A stretch of 64,000 nt of DNA from the human T2T-CHM13v2.0 reference genome, Homo sapiens. The translations under genes were made by a program, and so were the position numbers. The DNA lies in assembly GCF_009914755.1 (NCBI RefSeq), contig NC_060928.1; one strand, 5' to 3'. Positions within the stretch are counted from its first letter, which is position 1. The number at the start of each line of letters is the position of its first letter. Of this stretch, positions 54,091-64,000 are shown piece after piece. Under the pieces are notes generated by a model. That model had not been told where the DNA came from. It saw only the letters and a program-made list of their open reading frames with translations, and made no database searches.

Positions 54091-55604
54091 AGTCTCTACA
54101 TATATTTTCCAAAATCATATTTGAAAATCTCAATGATTTAATTGATTTATAGATAAATTGTTGGTAAAATACATTCCCTAAGTGAATTTAAATATAATAA
54201 AGTAAGGTTTCATTTATCCTCTGATTAAAGTGATATTTTATTGAAATTTTGTCATTTAAATAATGACCTTTCCCTTTGTTCAATGCCATTGCTTATATAA
54301 ATTAATGTTTCAGCAGAACAACGGTGAGTGGCAGACTCTCATTGTGTGTTTCTAAAGTTGGTCAGATACTGCTAAATGTCATTGTAATTATCTCAGAAGT
54401 TTCCCATTTGGCGTTATGTGGATGAGAAAAACTGTTTCTTGGCTAGGCTAAAGTCTCTCTAGCCTTGAAATTATTAGGTTATCTGTAATCTAAAATATTT
54501 CATAACAGGTCAATAACAAGAATAAAAATTTGTCATCTGGTGTCAAATTTTAAAACTAAGTTTATACCTACCTATTTATAATTTTAAAATGTTTACTTTG
54601 ACTTTCATATCCTCCAAATGTAATTTCCCCCCAAATCTTTTACAATTATATATTTTAAAACTTTTTGTTTACATTTAATTTTCCAGAAACTATATTCATA
54701 AATTTTTTCTGCATCAACTTTATTTTTAATACTTAAATGTCTTGAAATATGTATGATAAAACTCTGCTGCATACATATGAGTGGGGAAAGAGCCGTGTCT
54801 TTAACACTGCCTCTAGCAGATAGTGTTTATTACTAATTTTCTTTCTGTGGGAGGTAGGGGAGATTACATAGTAAGAGTAGAAATATTAATTTATTTTTTG
54901 TCATTTATTCACTCAGTCAATATCTATAGAGTACTTCTGATGTGCCAGGCACTGTTTTAGGTGGAGAACAGAAGTAAACGAAACAAAATTGTATGCCCTG
55001 GTGGAGCATAAGATTAACTAGAGAAAGACAGAATGCTAACAAACAAAACATGGAATGTGTCAGAGGGTGATAAGTATGCAGAAATACAAAACAGAGACGG
55101 GGAAGGGGTGTGGGATTTGGTAGTCAGAGAAGGCTCTACTGAGAAGGTGATATTGAAGCCCAGATAGAGAGAGGGCAAGGGAGTGTGGGAAGGTGTTCCA
55201 GGCCCAGGCAACAGCAAGGGCAAAGGTCACAAAGAGGAGGTATGCTGAAGGGAGAGGAGAGAGGATGAGGTCAGAGGAATTAAAAAGGGCACATTGCATA
55301 GGACTCATAGTCCTTCATAAGGCTGTTGGCTTTTACTCTGGAAGACACTGAAAGACATTAGATATTTATGAGTGGAGAAAAAACGTAATCTCACTTTTTT
55401 TTTTCCCCCAAAGGAATCTTTCTAGCTGCTATGTTCAGAATAAACTTTAGGGGAGCAGGGATAGAAATGGGACCAGTAGGAGGCTATTTCAGACACAGGA
55501 TTCTGATGATAGGGTTGTGTGGGTGGAGTATAAGCTGAAGTTAGACCAAAAGGATTTGCTGGTGGAGTGGATGGGAGGTATTCGAGAAAAAATATTCAAG
55601 GATG

Positions 55605-55902
<298 letters not shown>

Positions 55903-55924
55903 TCAGAATTCAAGGATGACGTCA

Positions 55925-56229
55925 GGCCAGGTGCTGTGGCTCACACCGAGGCAGGTGGATCACTTGAGGTCAGGAGTTCAAGGCCAGCCTGGCCAAAATG
56001 GTGAAGCCCCCTCTCTACTAAAAATACAAAAATTAGCTGGGCATGGTGGCAGACACCTGTAATCTCAGGTACTTGGAATGCTGAGTCAGGAGAATCTCTT
56101 GAACCCAGGAGAGAGTTCTGTAGTGAGCTGAGATCATGCCTCTGCACTCCAGCCTGGGCAACAGACTGAGACTCTGTCTCCAAAAAATAAAAATAAATAA
56201 ATTAAACTAAATTAAATTAAATTAAAAAA
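55925..56229 (+). mobile_element. AluS with internal left-arm deletion
   Basis: gtggctcacac is joined directly to cgaggcaggtggatc. Degenerate TSD caaggatgacgtca/caagaattatgtca. Confidence 0.92.
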
Positions 56230-57681
56230 CAAGAATTATGTCAAAGTTTTTGGTGTGAGCAACTAGACAGCTTGTGTTGCCATTCACTGAGATGGGGAAG
56301 CCTATGTGAGGAGGAAGTTGAAGGTTTAAAGAGGAAGATCTAGAATTCAGTTTGTGAGATGTTAGAGTTAAGATGCAAATTAGACATCCAAGTAGAGCCA
56401 TCAAGTAGGAAGTTGTATATATCACCTGGGAATTAAAGAGAGAAGATCAGCTCAGAGATATTGATTTGGGAAGCATCTGCAAATAGATGGTACTTAAGGC
56501 CCTGAGATTACATGAGAGATCACCAACACACTGAGTATAGAAGAGGTCCAGTGATTTAGCCCTGGGCCACTCCAATATTAAAAGAATAGGAAAGACGAGA
56601 AATCAGAAGAAAGACTGGTAAGAAGCATCAACTTACCAGGGAGAAAACCAGACAGTATGGTGCCCTGGAAGCCAAGTGAGGAGGGAGGATCTGCTGTGCA
56701 ATCACTTGTGATAAGTAAGCGACCTGAAAATTTCCCACTGGTTTTTAAAAAGTGGACTTCATTTAGTGACCTTGACAGGAGCTATTTATTTTGGAGGATT
56801 GAAGTGAAAGCCACATTGAGAGAGCTATAGAAAATATAGAAGAATGTGGGAGTCAAGACAAATTTTAGTATTAACTTGGTATTCTGCTGTTCAGTTGACC
56901 TCCCCTGACTCAGGCCTTGATATACCCAGATGTCAAAGGTTAGAAACCATCACGGTAGCTCACCGCAAACCCCTGGGGAATCATGACTAGAATTCTTCCT
57001 CTAATTTTAGGAGATGGAAGACAGCACAAGAGAGTTTTTTTTTTTAAATGGAAAGAAAGTGAAGATCAAAATTATTAAGCAATCAATAAGATTATTAATA
57101 ATCTTTAATTTTTATTCCTTCTGTCTCGAAGCTGTGTCTTCTCACTGCTCTTTCCTCTAAACTACCATGTTCAGTTATTACCGCCCACAAGCCTCCAAAT
57201 AAAACTCTCACAGTAGTAAATCACAGGCCCCAAAGAGTCAAAGTTAATGCCTTGTTAAAACATAATGGATAGAACATTATGTTGGTCTGGCCACTGAGGG
57301 CCTGTGTGAAAAAGGGAACAGATGGCAGGAGTCCAAACTTACAACTGCAAACATAGCTAGAGAGTTGGGCATGGTCAGCCCAGTGGGAGATAGATTCAGG
57401 CAATCCCCAGGGAGGTATGGGGTAATGACTGGGTTAGCAGGGTCAAGGATGAAGGAGATGGCTTCAGCCAGGGTCATGAATAGGAAGTGTACATAGTCAA
57501 GTTGGAAAAACTGGCTGAAGTATGGTCAAGGAAGAGGGTCAAGGCTAGTTCAGAGGTAAGACAGACCTTTAGACCAGAAATGACCTTTTTGCTTCATTGT
57601 GCACCATTATGCATTACTTCTTATCCCAGTTACCCTCAGTGATCCATCCTCTGTGATCAAGTCTGCAGCTGGCCAGCTCCT

Positions 57682-58070
57682 TGTCTTAGACCATTTTCTG
57701 CTGCTATAACAGAATACCACAGACAGAGTAATTTAAAAAGAATAGAAGATTATTTGGCTTACGGTTCTGGAAACTGGGAAGTCCAAGAGGATGGTGTCAG
57801 CCTCTCCTGAGGGCCTTCTTGCGGAATCATAACATAGTGAAGGGCAAGAGAGAATGCGGGACAGAGAGGATGGGAGTCGGAACTTCACCTTTTTATCAAA
57901 AGCTCACACATGAAATAATTAACCCACTCCTGAGATAATGACACTAAACCATTCATGAAGGCAGAGCCCTCAAGCCCTAATCACCTCTTAAACATGCCAC
58001 CTCTTAATCCTGTTACAATGGCAATTAAACTTTTAACATGAATTTTAGAGGGGACATCCAAATCATAGCA
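57682..58070 (-). mobile_element. Solo LTR MST-type (MSTD/MSTC-like, MaLR)
   Basis: tgtcttagaccatt..ctgctgctataacagaataccacagac...ccattcatgaaggcagagccctc...aatcatagca, with near-TSD ctcct/ctcgt. Confidence 0.87.
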
Positions 58071-60735
58071 CTCGTCAATATCCAAGGCGCAGGTAAGGTT
58101 TGATAGAATGTTTCTCACATAAAGAAGTCCTTGGAATTCTTCAGGCGCCCAGCCTAGTGCTGAAGCTAGAACTTGGATACTGATCAGACCAGGCAGACAG
58201 GATGGCAAATCGCCATGGTTACCAGGTTCCTTCCTTATTCTCAGTCTCTCATCCCCATGAGTCTTCCTTTTCTGACCACTTCTGATGATAACTAGAATTA
58301 CTGTCTGCATCAAAGGCAAGAGAGTTTTCACTGCATGTGATGGAAATTCAAACCAAACCAACTTAAATGGAAATCATTGGTTTATGTAATTTACAATTCC
58401 AGAGGTTTCAGGTACTTCAGGCATCAGGCTTATATATTTCTGTCTTCAAGTCCTTGCTCCCTAACAAACCCGAGAGGTACACACTAAGTATGACCATTCC
58501 CTTTAACATACTGTAAGTATTTATTCTTAGGACATCTAAACTGATGTTCTATTCATGTAAATTATAAGAAGTGTGGCATCTTAGATAAGGAAGAGATTCT
58601 CCAGCTTGAAAATCATATTATTATAATATTTTTTCATATTATATGTAATTTCTTCTGCAGACAGCTTCTTTCAGTTTACACAAACCTTAATTCAGTACTT
58701 TTTAGTTTTTCCCAACAGAAACTCTTCTCTATGAAGCATGAGTGAGCAATGCAAATTTACCAATGATTTTGCAGAGGACATTAAGGGAGAGCTTGCATTG
58801 CATGACATATGGTATTTAACTCCAAAAATCGCCATAAATTTTTCTCAACCTTTCTTCTCAGTTACCAGCCTTTAGATCTCCCGCTGACCATCCTTCCCAT
58901 GTGAAGTCTCAAATCTCTCCCCTCCTAAGCAGATAGTAGAGCTCTCCCTCATTCCTTGAAATCTATCTCAGGTGCCAGCCAACCTGTAACCCTGGAGACT
59001 CCAAACAGGCTCACCAAAGTGTTAACTCCAAAACTGAGTCTCCTCCGGGTGGAAACTCTTGGAATATGACCAAGAAAAGAATTTTTTCTTTGTTATTTGC
59101 ATTTACATTGATGTCCACAAATCAATTTCCAAATAATATTTTTTAATTTCCCTAAGTAAAAGGAGAGTGTAAATACTATACTCTTCATATCTAAGAAAGA
59201 ACTTTCAGTAAAGTCTTGTCTCTACAGTCAGTGAGCTACCACATCCTTGAAGATACAGGAATCTTTGCAAAGATTTTCCAAACAACAACTCTAAATGATG
59301 AGCAATTATGAGGAACTCACATAAACAAGGTTTTTCTACTTTCACTTGAGAAACAAAAAACTTGAGGTGGGAGAGATGAGTTTTATGGTTAAATTTTACA
59401 GTGATTATGAAAATAGTTAATTGGGTTAAGAGAAGAATATTCTGGGTCGGGCTTCAAAAATGCAGTGTCTCTCCCAGCCAAAAGAGTCATCGGCAGAGAA
59501 AAAGAAGAATTGCTGTCTCTATGGTTCAAAACCTTTTACAACAGAGGAAAATAACTGAGAAAACTTGTTAATATATGCACATTTTATTAATATTTACCTC
59601 AGTCTAATGTGATAAAAAAGAGCTAAGGGTAAATGAGTATAAGGAAGTGGGTTTGCATAGAATTTAAATTTATACCTACTGATCTTTCTGTTGCAGGCAA
59701 GGATATTTGTAGCCACATTTACCCTTACTCAAAAAATATCTACTGTATGCTAAATCTTATATCCACACACTATGTATTCACCATAAAAAGGCAAAAATGA
59801 AAATCCAACAATATGTATCAGTCCTGAGTAAACATAACTTCTCTCAGAGGGGCATTCAGAGGAGTATAGTGGACCAACAACTTTTTAAGGGGACAAAACT
59901 TATAGGACAAGAGAGACAGTTTATACAAAAAAACTTTCCACTTTTTTTCTATATTTACGTCACATTTTGAACTTTTATCGTGTTAACAAGATTTCGATCT
60001 CATTGCATGCTTTCATGTCTCTGCTAAACACAAAAATAAGCTGGAAGTGTGGGGGACACTAAATTCATATTGGGATGAGCAGAAAGTGATGCACTATATT
60101 AGGTATCCACCAATCTACTGACTGATATTAGCATTCCAGATATTCACAGACTTCAATACTGACTGTAATACTGAACCTTGCTAGTGTCCACTGCACCGTG
60201 GTCATGGCCCACAGCACCCAAAGGATGCAATGTCTTAGCCACAGTCGTCTCTGTTCCTCACCGACAACATGGAAAACTTGGCAAGGACACTTGGATTTGC
60301 AATTAAAATTCTAGGCCACAAACTTTCTTACCAAGAAATGTTCCTATAATTTGGGAAGGCTACATGCCTTCACCTTTTTTCTTGTTATAAAAAAATGATT
60401 TCAAAAAGCATTGTTAGCATCTTGGTCTGTCTCCTCCATGCCTTACAATTGCAGTCAAATAAAGTTGAAAACTCAAATTCTTTAATAGATTACTATAGGT
60501 TCTTTTCTGGTTTTGATATAAATTAGTATTATTGAGAGATCATCTGGGCTGTAAGAGACATCTTACGATAGTAAAATCTTGCCATAACTACATAAGTGGG
60601 GTTTTAAAAAGTCAAGGGTAAAATGCAGGGTTGCATTATTCGAGGTTAATGAGTTGCTTGTTGGATCTGTGTATCCAATTGACAAGAGAGATCTGGAAGC
60701 ATAATCTAAATCCATCCCAGTCCCAACTCAGTTTG

Positions 60736-60752
60736 CTGCCACCTGGTGGCAG
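60736..60752 (-). promoter_or_regulatory. Strong candidate CTCF site (near-palindromic)
   Basis: Minus-strand CCACCAGGTGGCAG matches CCASYAGRKGGCRS at 14/14. The 17-mer CTGCCACC-T-GGTGGCAG is a palindrome around one base. Confidence 0.7.
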
Positions 60753-61399
60753 TAGTCCACAACAGCTTAACTATCTCAGTGGTCAGGAGATTTCCAGGAC
60801 AGGCTCAATGAAACCCCAGCTCTGGTTATTTGATCCCCATTTCTCTGGCTGTAACTGTGGGATATTAGGCTAGGAAAATACTGAGGATGCAGGGAGCCAC
60901 CCTTCACGTTATCACCTGCTTCATCACACAATGTTGCCTGACATTTCCAAGATAAGATCTTTTACCTGACCTCCCTTGAGAAAATAGTAGCAACCAATTG
61001 CCAATTGCTTTTTATCAGGATTCACATTATCTTGGTGCTGTATTGTTGAGGGGTTTATGTTAATTTGAAACACATGAAAAGTAACAGAGGACAAGAGCAA
61101 AATTCTGGAGCATGGTTCCAGGTAATTCTTCCATGTGCTCCCGGGTTTAACATAATGTTAAGAGAATCGACTCCCAGCCAGCACAATGACTGATTGACAG
61201 AAGTGTGCTGTCTTTGGGCATGGATTCTTGCAGTTTGGAATGTCTCCCTGCTTCTGTTGTGTGAAATAATTGGGTTAACACAGAAGCTCACTACCTGGAA
61301 AGATTAAACATAGGGGCCTCATGTACTGTTTTAACTAAACCATTTCTTGAACATCTTTAATAGTTCCTGACAAAATAGGGTCTCTTTGACTGTTAAAAT

Positions 61400-61800
61400 T
61401 GTTATTTTTAAAAACACTATGATACTTTTGTGTATAGATAATTATAGAGAAATTTAAAGTGACCCACAATCTCACCACCCCAAAAAATCAAATTATGTTT
61501 AAAGGAATACATAAATATATTTCAAAAATTCAAGTAGTGCTGAGAATAATAAAATGAAAATTAGAAAGTCTTTCCTCATCTCCTTCCCCCCTGAAATTAC
61601 CACTATTAAGTTTCCTTTATAATGTTTTGGTTTTATGCATACAATAGAACAGTTCTGCAACTTACTTTTTGCACAAAATAACATCTTTTGGAAAGATATT
61701 TCCATATATCAACATATACACGTATAGATCTACCTCGTTAGAAAAGTCACAGAGAGAAAATCATTCACCATGTTATCATAGTTTTTATCCAAGTCTAGAG
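61400..61800 (-). mobile_element. Very old L1 (L1ME-like) remnant
   Basis: cacccacaatctcaccaccc-like block and gttctgcaacttacttttt...aataacatcttttggaaagatatttccatat. Confidence 0.4.
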
Positions 61801-61828
61801 CCTGTGATAAAAGAGTTTCATACAAGTG

Positions 61829-62204
61829 TATCTTAGTCAACTTGAGTTGCTGTAACAAAAATAACATGAAATAGGTGATGTCAAGAACAGAAACTTATTT
61901 CTCACTCTTCTGGAGACCAGGAAGTTCAAGATGAAGATGCAAGTAACTCGGTTCCTGGTGAGGGCCTTCTTCTTGGTTTGCGAGTAGATGCCTTCTTGCT
62001 GTATCTTCACCTGGTGGGGACAGAGAAGAAGCAAACTCTCTTGTGTCTCTTCTTATAAGAGTACTAATCCCATCACAAGAGCTCCAACCTCATGGTTAAT
62101 TACTTTCCAAGGGTGAAACCCTTCACCTCCAGATACCACCACTTGGGGATTAGGATTTCAATATCTGAATTTGGGGGAATTTAACAAATGTGCTGTCAAT
62201 AGAA
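61829..62204 (-). mobile_element. Solo LTR MLT1A-type (MaLR)
   Basis: tatcttagtc...ttatttctcactcttctggagaccaggaagttcaagatg...cttataagagtactaatcccatc with a 5-bp TSD AAGTG. Confidence 0.85.
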
Positions 62205-62256
62205 AAGTGTTTTTTCTGAAATGACCCCAGGGATCATGAGTGAGGCATAGAGAAAG

Positions 62257-63445
<1,189 letters not shown>

Positions 63446-64000
63446 ATGTGTTGGTTACTTCTATGGTCAACTGATGCTCCATCCAGCAGGACCTTCTGAG
63501 GAGCCTTATGTAATGAATGTCAGAATTGTCCCTCTAGAAGATCCAAGGGGGAAGCATTTCCAGCAGCCCCATCCTTCATTTGTCAAGTATGCTCTATCAG
63601 TGTTAACTCTTCAGTACTTCCAGGTTACACGTGGGTGAGCACCAAGTGGCTTCCCATGGGCTTCCCATGCCACACTATGAGGTATATGACATAGCTCAAA
63701 GCAAGACTATCAGGTCGTGCCTGTACAAACCTGGTTGAAGCCTGCTCCAAACCATAGCTACAGGGATGGAAAAGAAGTACATCTGATGTAACCATATACA
63801 TCACATTTCCCATGATCTTCCTTTTCATACATGTGTACACCACTTATTATTTTCAACATAGCAATTTCCTCTTGGAGTTTTAAAAAATATTGAAATTGAG
63901 TACATTCACTATAATTAACTTCTTACTTCATGTGATAAGTCACGTTTTATTGTTAATGTGTCTATTGCTTAATTCTATATGAATTTATAGTGCTCTTGAA

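Noticed and set aside
57088-57105. 18-bp perfect palindrome aagattattaataatctt
   Set aside because: AT-rich and of a length expected by chance. The flanks show no convincing transposon termini.

Overview
This is primate nuclear DNA. A full-length SVA makes it hominoid, and it is most likely human. It is AT-rich, gene-poor and reads as intronic or intergenic. I find no credible protein-coding gene: the listed ORFs derive from Alu, L1, SVA, LTR or low-complexity sequence, or are chance frames. Recognisable content includes 19 Alu-family elements (among them a FAM and a FLAM), one full-length SVA with target-site duplication (TSD), two L1PB1-type 3' fragments, older L1M/L2/MIR/MER5 relics, about ten solo LTRs in two nested clusters, a processed U6 pseudogene and several microsatellites. 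Signals not explained by repeats are two strong CTCF-like motifs in convergent orientation near the window ends, a few CpG-retaining or motif-dense patches that may be promoters or enhancers, several candidate exons (mostly minus strand) and an 80-bp diverged direct repeat. I did not find a previously undescribed biological system. Subfamily names come from remembered consensus features and need RepeatMasker/Dfam confirmation, and boundaries of old repeats are approximate.
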